Assembly (NCBI GenBank): GCA_050084515.1
Contig: CM114271.1
Span: 6,820,001 to 6,884,000 of the forward strand
Reading direction: 5' to 3'
DNA length: 64,000 nt
Origin: Blasia pusilla
Taxonomy: Eukaryota
The notes beneath the pieces are model-generated. The model made no database searches. It saw only the letters and a list, made by a program, of their open reading frames with translations, and had not been told where the DNA came from. The number at the start of each line of letters is the position of its first letter. Position 1 is the stretch's first letter. This document shows positions 39,217 through 52,154 of the stretch, piece after piece. A program made the translations under genes and the position numbers.

Positions 39217-40639
39217 TCCTTCTCTGTGTGTTAGATGTGTCTAATTGTGTATGCGGTGATCTTATTGATGAAAAGGGTATCCATATTCTTTGATGTGCAC
39301 ATGGTGGAGAACGAAAGTCCATTCATGATGCCATTAGAGAGGCAATAGCATCGGTGGCTCGTACTGCATGGTACACCGTCGGGCAAGATCAGCTCCATGT
39401 CCTACCTTCAACTACATATTCAACCTCTTGTCGGAGAGTTGACCTTCTTATGTCTCAAGGTGGATTCTTGACACTAGGTGATGCGGTGGTTGCTAATCCA
39501 ACACGTTTTGACTTGGTGTGTTTAACCGCACATACCAAAGGTTCGGCGGCCAAAGCAACAGCAAGAATCAAGGAGTTAGGTCATGTTGTGGGACATATGA
39601 GTGATGGATTTATTCTTTTTACAGGGGAAGTATTCGGTCATTTACATATGTCTTTTGATACTTTCCTGAAAACATGTGCTCACCACTCCCTCGAGAATCA
39701 TCACCTTGCCCCTTCATGTAGTCATTCTCTCTCTGTAGTTACTACTTATTTTTGGTAATGCATCTCAATGTCCTTACAACATGCACAAGCCTTGCCATTG
39801 ATACGTTGTGTGGAATTGATGATAATCGTCTAATCGTCTAACCAACCACTAGTGTTCTTGTCAAATTTGTTTCATGTTATCAGTCGTGTAACTCATTGAG
39901 TTGGTGTTTGTGTTGGCTAGTTGTCATTTTTCTTTTTGCATTCTATTATGCATCTTTTACTTCTCTTTGAGGTTTGTCATTATAATAAAATGGATGGTTT
40001 TACTAGTAAACTTCTTATGCATGCATGATATATAACTATCAATGTAATTTTTTTCATTTTTAGTGAATTATATTTTAAAAAATGAATATCCTATAACTGA
40101 TTTAAAAGTAAAGAGGTACATGGCCTTCTCAAAATAAAAAAAATTCATTCTTGGTAAGAACCCACTTTGAGGAAGTCATGCTTTGATAGTGTAGATGATT
40201 TTTGAATCCCTTCTTGTACTCTTGATAAATTATGAAGAGATGCTCATTTTTTCAAGTTTTGTATTCCTCTCCGATCTTAAAAGAGAAGTAGTTATGATTT
40301 ACTCAACAGATTTTGAGAGTCAGACATCAGGACAAATATCTTTTGGGCAGGTTAGGTGGGGTAACAAACAAAGTTAGGGCGGACAGAAACATCCATCCAT
40401 GATACGCTAGTGTACTACCAAAACAACATGCACATTTAAAAAAATAAAATCTATCTTCTTGGTCGAATTACAAATTTATGCAAATAAATAAAGTATGTAA
40501 GTATTTTCTCTTCTTACCATTAGAATTATTTGATGCCATTCTTACAAAGGGAAGCCTTGGTTTCACTTTTAGTGGTGGAAAATAAGTGGATGTTTAGTGG
40601 TCCATATAACAGGTCCATATCGTGTTCATTGGTCGTGAG

Positions 40640-43600
40640 AAAAGCGGTTGTTGCTATTTGTCCAACGAAAAACGTAATCTCTACAGCCCTGCCCTACCGA
40701 GATTCCCTCATTGACCGGTCCGTCAAACAGCGGGTCGCTGTGATTGGTTGGTGTGTAAGGACCGGTAAGGGCGTGGAAACGAACCGCTGGAATCTACTGC
40801 AGATCATTTTCTTTGCTTTTTCTTTCTTTGTTTCTCCTTGGGTTAAGGATCCTGGTTGGCCTTTTCTCCCCTGGAGAAGACCCGGACGTGCACGCGGTGT
40901 CCTCGAGTTCCGGGATAGACGGGCACCCTTTACGCCGACACCGACGGCGACTGTCTCATTGGCCGAAAAGTTTTAAAGTGTCCTGCCCTGATTCCTGAAG
41001 GCCGCAGGTTCCGGTACGGAGCAGACACTAACGCCACGCGTTGTAGCCAATGCAGCCCTCCCATATGGCTGTCATCCGGTGCGCTTTGCGTTACACAGTG
41101 ATATGCGGGAGGCATTTCATAATATTTCTACCAAATATCGAGAACGAGAAAGAACTGGTCTGGTTGGCTGGCGTTTCGAGCTATCTTAACCCGTAAAGGC
41201 CCGACTCCTTTTCTCAACGAGAAAACACGAAGTATCTTTGAACATCCAATGGGTTTCAGGCGGAGGAGATGAAGGGACATCTAAAAAATTTGCTTGTAAT
41301 TATTTCCATGGTGATTAATTTTTTCAATCTAAGACCGTTGATCTTACCAAGCTTGAACTTTGGGATCTTTTTATTTCCACTTCAGATTGAGTTTTCCAAA
41401 GTTCTTGGGATCTTTGGACTTCCTCCTCTCCTAAATGTGTTCATAAAGTCTTATACGCAATTTCACACATAGCGCTCTCCTTATAAAGTGATACTGGATT
41501 ACCATCACTTCAAGAGATTCCTCTTGCTTTTCTGAATCTTTTGATACGGACTGGATTTAACATTACGAACTCATTTCCTCATAATAGTCATTGGTGGATG
41601 GCTTACTTACTCCTCACATCCTCTTTTTTGGTGTTTCCAATTTCTTTCATAACTTTCTTCTAAAGTGTCGGTTTTTTACGTATTTGGGCTTGTTTCTATC
41701 GTCTTGACGAGCTCGTTCTTTTCATATCAAGTAAGTTTTCTAGTTTTTCTTTCTTCTCCGTAGGCGCCTATTATTGTGTACGGGTTTGTTTTAGGTCAAT
41801 TCCTCCGAAAAGTCTTCCTTGCTCTTTCAACTCTTTACCTTACTGTTTTGCCCCTACATACGTTTGCCATCTCCTTAAGGACAATAGAAATTTATATTCT
41901 TGAGCCACCTCTTCTGATACCATATAGATCACTTTTGCTTTTCAATTGCTTTTTATCATTTTCTTATAGTAATTTTCAATCATAAATTTTGTATTGCCTA
42001 ATCTTCTTCTCTCCATCTAAATTTCTTTTGGACGGATTCCACTACTTTTGTTTTTCTCGTTACCCTCATGCTTTCTCAAAACCACGTTTCATATGTCTTC
42101 CCTTGTCTTCAATGACTTGCCTACCTTTGCTTCTATGTCATCAGAGTTGGAGTTGGATTCTCCATCGACTCGCTTATCTGGTTTTACACGCCCTCCTACA
42201 ACCGTAACCTCTCCCCCTGGTTCACCTCCTCATCGTAGATCTTGCCATTTTCCTCCAAATGCTAATACATCCATTGCACTCGCTACATTTCTTCCGGATT
42301 CTCCTCTTCTCCCCTCTTTGTCTTGTCCTATTGAGCCTAATCTTGATCCAACATTACCGAATCCTGCTACTTTGCCAACTCCACATATCTCATCTATGCC
42401 CTTGCTTCCAACTCCCATCTATTCTACCCTTATCTCCCCTCTTCCTCCTCCTCCTTCCCCAACCTACTTACCCCCTCATCATCGTCCATCATCACATCTT
42501 GCACCTCCCACCTCCTCTCCTTGTAACCCTTCTACTTCTGCATTTGTACCAAAGGTTCGTTGCATACCTTGTGGTTAGGAGTTTGCTCCTAATGGAATCA
42601 AAAGACTTCAGAGGTATTGTCGATCCATGCATGGGCCTTCAATCCCTAACCCGATACCACCTTCTACTACACTCCCCACAACAACTGCTTCGACATGGTT
42701 AAGCCAAATTGATCTCCTTCGCTCTTTCCATCCAAGTCTTCCTCATCCTAGACTCTACACTCGTATTCCTATTGCTCTTCGCCCCATCACCCAACAAGCT
42801 TTTCTTTTCCCATTAAACAGATTAGCGCGTGATCCCATAGATATCAATGCTTGGTATCTCCTATTACTCTTCCCACAATGGGTTTTAGTCCTCCCTCCAA
42901 GGGGTGGTGCGACGGGTCATCGTGAAACCTCCACACGTATTCAACGCTTGATGTCTGGAGATTGGGAGAATCTTCAGAATGAGCATGTACTTCGAGCAGA
43001 GGCCTTAGCTGCGGCTTATCCCACTCAACATGCCAATCATGGGAGGCCTTCAATACAACAACGTCTTGGACGAAGTCTACTTTTGGGGCAGGCTGGTAAG
43101 TTTTCACGTGCAACTCGGTCATTGGGTCCTCTTTCTCCGGCGGTTCGAAGTGCAAAAATAGTGGCTTTCTTAGAAGCTCTTCACCCTCCTTCAAGTGGCG
43201 ATCCTCCACCTTTTGTGGAAGACTATGCAATGGACCTTGACTTGGAGCTTTTCATAAGGGCCTTTCTGCGTACTCCTCGCTTATCAGCAAGTGGGCTATC
43301 AGGGATGGTTTTTTAGCATCTCCGCGATTGCTTTATTGCGGCAGATTCAACAAGTGGCTTTGTCTCTCTATATAAGGTGTGTGCACTTATGGTGGAAAGT
43401 CGTCTCCCATTCTCTATCTCTAGGCTCTTAGGGGCTTGTCATTTTTTGGCTATGGATAAGCCTCCTTCATATATGCGCCCTTTGGCTATTGGAGAGGTTT
43501 TATATCGCTTGGTTAGTCGATACCTATGCTTGTAATTTAGTCCTCACTTATTTCCTCATCAATTTGGAGTGGCAACTCTTGGAGGTTGTGAGGTTGTGGT

Positions 43601-45735
43601 GCATGGGATTCGCTCCACTCTTTATATTCATCCAGATTGAGTAGCAAATCAAGTCGATGTGGTTAACACATTCAATTCAGTTTCTCGTGCGGCCATCTTT
43701 GAGGAGTTACGTCGTGCAGGAGAACAACTTGCAAGCCTCATTCCATTTGTTCGCTCCTTCTATGCCTATGATACGCCCATTATCTATTCTCATCATGCTA
43801 CTTCTGGGGAATATAGTATTCTACAATCGGCTTGTGCCACACGTCAAGGTGATCCCATGGGTGGCCCACTCTTTTCCATTTCTCATTTTTGTGCCCTTTG
43901 AGCATCAGCGCAAGTATTTCCATCTTGTCTTTTCCCTTCTATTATTGATGACACTCACATTATAAGTCCTCCTTCTGAAGTGGTTCCTGCTTATACCCAT
44001 ATTTGTGGAGCAACTCTCTTTCTTAAACCTTTAACTCCAACCTAGTAAATGTGGAGTATGGTCTCCTTCGTCCCTTCCCTCAACATTCACTGCACCTACT
44101 CCTGATTTTCCCATCTACATTGAAGGGGTTAGGGTTCTCGGGGTCCCAATTGACTTCATCGACTATGTCTCAAAGTTCTTGGATGAGGCCCTTTTGAAAG
44201 ACGTGGAATGGCTTCATTTGTTACCTCATCTAGGGGATCCCCAAGTAGCTTATGGGATTCTCTCCCAATATTTTCTACGACTTCCTTCCTACCTTCTTCA
44301 CATTTGTCCTCCCACTTCAAGGTTCTTACATCGGTTGGCCTCTTTTGACGCTTCTATCTTGGCAAGTTTTGGTCAACTTCTTGGCCCAAATACCTTTGAG
44401 GAAGAGGATGGTGTCTTGGCTTCACGACAAGCTATATTGCCTTTGTTTTTAGAGGGGTGGGACTGTCCTCCACAGTCGCATCTGCTCTCGCATCCTTTTT
44501 GGGGAGTTGGGCGTTGGTAGCACCGATTATGGCTTCAAGGCTTCTCCAAGGAGATACACTTATCTTGATGGATCATATTGCCCATGTAGAGGAGGGAGAC
44601 TTGTTATTTCAACAAAAATTGAGATCTACACAAGCTATTCTTCCTCTTGCTACACAAGCAATTCTACCCCCTTTCAGTCAATTGATTACGGAAGGGCTTG
44701 ATCGACTTCAAGAGCATATATCCGAGAATGTGCATCAAATCAACTTTTCCAACATTCTCTCTAAGGCATCCTCTAACGCTCATCGAGCTCGTCAGCGTTC
44801 ATGTGCGCGTACCGGAGCCGGGGCGTGGCTTATTGCAAATCCTCTTATTCTTCCATTTTGTCTTCCTTGAAGTATATTCTCGAAAGCATTGCGGTTACGT
44901 CTTGGACTTCCCCATCCTTCTGTGTTAGGTGTGCCAAATTGTGTATGCGAGGATCCCATTGATTCCAAGGGTATCCATATTCTCCGATGTGCACATGGTA
45001 GAGAACGAACGGCCACATATGATGTCATTAGAGAGGTGGTAGCATCGGTGGCTCGTAATGCAGGATACACCGTCAGGCAAGAGCAACTCCGTGTCCTACC
45101 TTCAACCACACAAGAAACCTCTCGTCGGAGAGTAGATCTTGTTCTGTCTCGAGGTGGATTGCGAACACTAGGTGATGCAGTGGTTGTTGATCCAACACCT
45201 TCTAACTTGGTGTGTCGAGCCGCACATACCAAAGGTTCGGCGGCCAAAGCAACAGCAAGAATCAAAGAGTTAGGTTATGTTGTGGGACATGTGAATGATG
45301 GATTTATTCCTTTTGCAGTGGAAGTATTCGGTCATTTACATGTATCTTTTGATAATTTCCTGAAAATATGTGCATACCACTCCCTCGAGAATCATCACCT
45401 TGCCCCTTCCCGTAGTCCTTCTCTCTCTGTAGTTACTACTTATTTTTGGCAATGCATCTCAATGGCCTTACAACGTGCACAAGCCTTGGCATTGATACGT
45501 CATGCGCATGTGGTGGGGGATCGCTCGCCTTGTCGTCCATTCACGTTTGAACAACCACTCGTGTTCTTGTCAGATTTTTTTCACGCTATCAATCGTGTAG
45601 CTCGTTGAGTCGGTTTTTGTGTTGGCTAGTTGCCATTTTCTTTTTGCATTCTTTTATGCATTTTTTGACTCCTTTTTTGAGATATTATTACCTTTCTTTT
45701 TCCTCTTTTGAGGTTTATTTTATAATAAAGTGGAT
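40640..45735 (+). mobile_element. CRE-like (RLE) non-LTR retrotransposon, copy 2; near full length, multiple stops/frameshifts (5' boundary approximate)
   Basis: One decayed long frame: hydrophobic N-terminus, Pro-rich linker, C2H2-like finger (CIPCG...RYCRSMH, ~42560-42632), RT (RQGDPMGGPLF...IIDDTHII), CCHC knuckle (CVCEDPIDSKGIHILRC) and RLE nuclease (RRRVDLV...GDAVVVDP...FAVEVFG), with a stop at 45608. Confidence 0.88.
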
Positions 45736-45968
45736 ATAACATCCAGCCCTCTCAACAAAATTCCCACCCTCTACTTTTTGGCCAAGAAGTTCAAGTGCTT
45801 ATTTGTGTAAATTTTCTTAGATCCAACTTGTAGTGGAGATTTGGTACCCGTGGAGATTATGGGGGTGTTTTTTGCTTAATTTGGGCCTTATTTGGATGTG
45901 TTCGGATATCATAATGTCCAATCATAATCATCAATTTTCAACCATTTCCAAAAATTCTCGTTGCGCCA

Positions 45969-46157
45969 TCTATATTATTATGGGCGAGTGTCTTCTTGAT
46001 TCGCAAACACCTATCTGTTTGACACGTGGCAACTAGGCATCAAGAAAATGTTTCTCCTTATATGGGCAGCAAGAAAAAAAGTTTGAATCATTGATCCCTT
46101 TCCTTGCTATACGCTACAATTTTTTTATTTCCGTGCATAGCACAAACACCTTACTGG
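45969..46157 (+). mobile_element. Non-autonomous Helitron
   Basis: A|TCTATATTATTATGGGCGAGTG start, decayed hairpin CCGTGCATAGCAC, end CACCTTACTGG|T. Confidence 0.75.
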
Positions 46158-46166
46158 TTTCACATA

Positions 46167-46365
46167 CTAGTGTGAAGCTCGTGCCATGCACGGGAGTAAA
46201 GGACTAATCATGTTGCACACAAGTGTTTTTTCTTACAGCCCGTGGAATAGAAATCATTTTCTTGCTGCCCATATAATAAGAAACATTTTCTTGCTGTTCG
46301 GTTGCCACATGTCAAGCATAGAGGTGTTTGCAAATCATGAAGGCACTCTCCAATAATAATATAGA
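46167..46365 (-). mobile_element. Non-autonomous Helitron
   Basis: The minus strand reads A|TCTATATTATTATTGGAGAGTGCC...CCCGTGCATGGCACGAG...CTAG|T. Confidence 0.8.
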
Positions 46366-49300
46366 TATAGATGTAGTCCCTTACTTTCCTTCCAAATTTG
46401 GAAATGCTTCTTTAAATTTTGAAAAAATTTATTTCACAATAGGTACTAGTGGGTCAAAATAACCCTAAGTTTACAAAGGTGGAGTGACAAGTGTTAGAAT
46501 CCTAACCGGCCATTATTCATCAACTTCCTTTTTGGGGACAAGCTGAATAACCGCAAGCCATGTTATACTCAAGAAAAACCTACTTAGAGTCTTCTCTTGT
46601 GAAACACAATCTATCTGAATCTTGTAGGACTTGAACCCATTGGACTGTCCATTCAATTAGGAGTCACACTAGAGAGGCAACCAAATCCAAACCAAGCTTC
46701 CAAAGGGGATGCAAGATGCTTTTCTATAATTCAAAAACTAAATGAATGCAAGCAAAAAAATCACAATTCACTGGACTCAATGATGTGCACCATAGAAAAA
46801 AAGAATGCGAACAATATAGTGCAAATAAGAACCAGGTGGTTTTACCAAAATTCGTTGTCCTTGAAGTTAAGATCTTATGTCAATATAACATACATTGGCA
46901 AAGATGTTAGAGACGTAGATTTCAACCTCTTCTCCCTCTTGCTTTACCACAAAGCACTCTTGACCTTGTTCCAAGCAGAAGTCTTGGGTTGAATCTCAAA
47001 GACCTAGCCAGGTGCGCATTCCCTACATGGATGAGAAGTCACCAAGCACCAATCAAGCCTGAGTCTCCCGAGTTCAGAAAATCTTCCTAGGAAACCTCTT
47101 TCCCTTGTCTCAACTTATCTCCCCAAGTTTCCTATATTGGAACGCTTCAATTATTTCCTCAAGGTGCATCTTGAATGGTTCCTTAGCTCAAACCTAAATC
47201 ATGGCCAAACATACATCACGATTAGTCCCTTGTTCACGGACTTGAGCGCGTAGGGAGGGAGAGGATGATCCCTATAGGTACTTCTAGAGTTTTCATGAAT
47301 AGACTCATGACCTCTCGCCCTCCTTGATTACACTCCTATTCCTTGCTTTTTGCCTTGACTTTAAGCTCACATCTTGCTTTTTGTGCCCTGATCCCGATGA
47401 TTAGTTATGCCCCTTTCTCACCTAAGTATGGTTTCAAGGCGTATGCCCATTTTGACTAATTTTAGTCTCGCGGCCCATTTTGCAACTATTCCTAGTCTTA
47501 CGACTAGCTTGTCTAGGTTTAGATTTTGGTGTGTCAGACCAAGGTCTCTCCTTCTTGGATCAAAAATCATTAATCACTTCTCAAATATTTACTAACATGA
47601 GTGCCAAATACATAGCATTCACGACGTTCAGGAAAAATGAATCTCCAAGGTGTTTGTGCATGTGAAACTTGCCACATCCAATATCCAAATGTTCCAACCT
47701 AGGCTCTATGGAAAAAACTAACCAAGAACTATGAGATAAAATATAGTTCTGAGCTACTACTGACTTCCTTGCTCCATGCACTTTGTTGGGTTGTGCACCA
47801 CAAGCTAAGTTGAAAATATCTACACAACAGTTAGATTGCGAATGCTCATGATGACTTAGGAAGAAATGACCTCTACATAGATGTCTTCTTCATGTATATT
47901 TGGGACATAAGAAGAAAGTCCTTGCACCATACTTAACACAAAATAGTGTATTATGGAGCCTTAAGCTGAAGTGGAAGGGAGAAATCACCCCTTTGTGCAT
48001 ATGAATTTTCCTCCTTAAAATTCTCTTACCCACCATATATGGTATCCCCACTATCCAACACAAATATGTAGTAGATACCTTAGTTTGTTCCATGAATTTT
48101 GTGATATATAAGTCCATAAGATCTACCCGTCTGTTAGAGAAATACTATACAAAACCAAAAAATGATGGTGCCACCACTTTCATTTCTAGATTGAGTTTGG
48201 GTAGAATTTGCCACGTAGTGGATCCTGGATATCCACACCTCTCATGAAGGCTTGATACTCCAACAACATTGGTAATGTTGGGACAACTATTAACGTCTTA
48301 CTATTTATGTCCCATCACATAACACTAGTACTCAAACCTATAGGTGTCCATGGGACAAATATCGACAATAAGGCAACCAAGTGGTTTTCCATCCAAAGGC
48401 AACCAGAAATGTGACGTTCTACATGGATTTGAAAATGGAATTTTCGTCTCACAACATTGCGTGGTTTGATACAAAGGTTTGGAGGCCAACTTACTCAAAT
48501 TTTCTAAATTTTCCTAGTGTATAATATCCCAACTTCAAATACCTCCATAAAACAACACATAGTACCATAATAGTTATTCATTGTCATGCAGTGGTTTTTT
48601 GTATCATGGCTCAAACCACAACATACTTGCTACAGTAAAACTGATACTAGTGTTGCTATGATTCTCATTCTTCCCACAATATACACCAAGATCATACACT
48701 TGCTTACTTATTTCTAAACAACCCACAAATATCTTTGTATGATGCGTGATTGGCTTGGCAAGATTATACAATGAAATAGGGCACCGAGAATCCTTATGTG
48801 AATCCTATATCAAACAAGAAGACACATGTAATAAATCCTCAAAATTTGGAGTCAAGACTTGGAAAAAGGGCATAATTTTTTTATACCTTATCAAATTTCT
48901 TATTATTTTTGTCCTTGCAAATAGTAGCATTTTTAACTGAGTGAAGGAAACCTAGAATTTGATCCCAACGATTTTTACTAATAAGGGTTGATATGTTTGA
49001 GTTTTGAAATAGCTTATATTGGATTTGCCAATCGGATTTGAACCTGGCTACAAGTACTACATACAAATGTGGCTGCAACAAGCCAAGTTTAGAATTTTGA
49101 GCGCTCTAAGTGCCTCCATCAGACACTGTTAGCGTTCGACCCATGTTTATTTTCCCTCAGTAAATGTGTCTCTTGTGTTTCTCTTCCAAGATCATATCAA
49201 AGATGGATGTCGTATCCCAAACCTTTGTGCCAAACCAACTAGAAATAGTATTAGGATCATCTCCCTTGAATATGGCTTCATGAGGATATGATGGATTATC

Positions 49301-51239
49301 CCCTTACCACCACTCATCTACGATCTTCCATTCCAATGTCCAAGACTCCCAATCTTTAGGGAGTGAAACCACAGTTAGCTCAAACAAGTATGATTCTAGA
49401 ACTTCATACTCATAAGTAAGCCACTGTGAACTTTCCTCAAATTTGATTTTATCTTCTTCTGAATCCCATTTTGATTTTGATTCATCAAGGCAGTAAGCAC
49501 CAAGAAAGGTTCTTATTCTTTGAGGAGGAAGTATATATAATAGAGCATAAGCAAGGTTACATATGGACAAATTCCGTGTTAGTAGACATGTCTATGTCCG
49601 TGGACTTACGTCCGTCATATATGATGATTTCTCCATATGGGCCCCATCTTCCCCTTCTTTCTCACCCCCTTCATTTGCCTTCGTGATCCACACTTTCTCG
49701 TTTCTTCCTCCTCCCACCTCCACTTCCTTCCCCCCTTATTGCCTCGCCCACCCTTGCCTTGCTTTCCACCATAAAATATAAGTGTGGACCCCAATTTTTT
49801 CAATCGATGTCTAGACATGTCCAAACTTGGCTGTCCATGTCTATCATGGGGACATAATTTCTTGTTTTTGTGCAACCATGGGCATAAGTCTACTCTCCTA
49901 ATCTATGATTGATTTCACTCATATCCACATCAAATGAGGCTCGAAATGACTCTACCTCTTTTCCTATATGTGAAAGGAATTCTCTCACCATGGGTACTAA
50001 GGTCAAGCATTATGAAAATTCTTCCAAGAATTCACACTGTATGAACTAAGGACCTACAATGCCAAGTGGTGGGTCATCTAGGTTAAATACCTCTCTTTTG
50101 ATGTAGACCACACAACCAACCTTACATTGTTCTCCTTCATGGGTTGTGGAGAGAGGAAGGGAGGGAGGGGGAGGGGAAGGTTTCTCTTTTATATTCAACC
50201 ACCAAGATGTTTTCAAGAACCTTTACTCATGAAAATCAATAGGATTTTACACTATAATCTTATTTAGATCTAATTGGAACCTATAGGCTTTCCTTTCTTC
50301 CTTTGAGAACTCATCTCTTACTTTGTATTTATGCATGTCTCAAAGAGAAGGATGAGGTTTTTTTTTCTTGTGTGGTTGGATGTCTCAGTCTAGCTAGATC
50401 TACATTGGGATGAGTTGAATCTACAATATGGCGCATGTTTGACAATTGGTTCAATTTCAGGAAGTTTTATTTTACGGCCCATCACTTTGCAATTTTTAAG
50501 ATCAAAATTAAAGTGTAAAAAATTCTCATATGCCTATAGGCATACAATTTATAATGTTGGTCTAATTCAAGGGTAATTTATACAATAGTAAGTACATCCC
50601 TTTTTGGCCTACTTACGATTTAGAATGCATGGTTACTAAGAGGCATGAGCTCGTCAAATGAGGTAGGATATCGTCACAAGATTTCTTTCTTACGTCAAGA
50701 CAAGGGATCAAGTTTGAGTCGGCAAGATCTAGCTCCATTTGTTCCAGGTAATGAAGCTTTTGGTTGGAGATTTGGGATATCATGTAACTTGATGTAAGGC
50801 GTTCTCAAGTGGTACATAAAAGTTACCATTCTTGGATGATTATTGATTTCCCTCAAGGTAATAAGAGGTGGCTCATGGACTTGGTTATCATGTACTAATG
50901 CATCAAATTGAAAGTCTTGGTGATTAGGAGGCATGGCTTGTATTGCTGAAGTGATCCTAACATTTCTAAGAGTAGTAGACTTGGTATAATGTTGTTGAAG
51001 TATGATTGAGGTTTCTTGTAGATGACATGTTTTAGATAAAAAAAAATTCCTTGGGGGTATAGAAGGGGATAGAAGACTTCTGCACTCAAAGGTGGATGCA
51101 ATGGAATTTTGAATGTCCTTCTCTGGCATATTTTCCTCCTAAGACGATTGGCCTTCAATAGTAAGAACCGTAAATACCAAGAGTAGCAGTGGTTGATATC
51201 TCCTTTCTTCCAAATTCAAGTTTTCTAGACTTGGCTTTA

Positions 51240-51485
51240 GATTGATGCACACACACTTTACGTATAGCATCAAGAAATTCCATGATAGCCACTACCTTCC
51301 GATTAGATTGATGGGCACACACGTATATTTTTCAAGATAGTCACTATGTTTGGATCAAATGGATGCATACACTATACGTGTAGTCTCAAGAACATCCTTT
51401 GAAAAAAATCTGAATGGAAATCCAAACTAGTTACAACGCTCGGATTACATTGATGCACACACACTATAAGTGTAGAACCAAGAAT
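51240..51485. repeat. Degenerate minisatellite (~4 units)
   Basis: ATTGATGCACACACACT..ACGT.TAG...CAAGAA-like unit at ~51240, 51307, 51361 and 51449. Confidence 0.6.
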
Positions 51486-52080
51486 ATCCTCCATTGAAAA
51501 ACATATGAGCTGGGATTCACATATTGTGTGTTTCATGGTTGGTGCTCTTCTGTCGTTTGGAGTCTCATAGTTGTCTTGCTGCCCTTATCATTTTGTGACT
51601 TGTCTCATGACGTCTCCCCCTTCTTGACTACGTACTCTAGGCATGTGTTCCATGCTTCTTGCCCTTGACTTCAAGCTTGGCTCAAGTGTTTCACACCTTT
51701 CTTGCTTTTCCCCTATCCTTGCAAGTAGCTATGCCCCTTTCTCATCTAAGGCTAGCCTCACTGAGTATGTCCATCTTACCTAGCGTTAGTCTTGCGGCCA
51801 GTTCCGTTGCCATTCCTAGTCTCAGAACATTCCTAGGTTCCTACTTTAGTGGGTCACACCAAGGACTCCCCTCCTTGGCCCACGATCATGACTTGCTTCT
51901 CAGGTCTTTGCTATTATGAGAGCTTTAGTGATGGTCCTTCATAAGGCAAGAGACACACAGTAGAGAATCATCAAGCCCAAGTAGACATATGGCCTTGGAA
52001 AGGAGGTGGCGTAAAAATAAAATAGATCAAAGAGAGAATAGAGCCATAATATCCATGCTTCTAAGCGTAGATTAGAGAAT

Positions 52081-52082
<2 letters not shown>

Positions 52083-52152
<70 letters not shown>
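52083..52152. repeat. (AT)n microsatellite
   Basis: Pure AT run of 70 bp. Confidence 0.97.

Positions 52153-52154
<2 letters not shown>

Larger units (their letters stand above)
33250..39995 (+). mobile_element. CRE-like (RLE) non-LTR retrotransposon, copy 1; 5'-truncated, decayed, interrupted by the element at 36270-39216
   Basis: RT motifs RQGDPMGGPLF...IVDDIHIIG (35089-35379) and RLE region RRVDLL...LGDAVVANP (39354-39758). Colinear with 41263-45735, and the 3' end ATAATAAAATGGAT matches copy 2. Confidence 0.85.
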
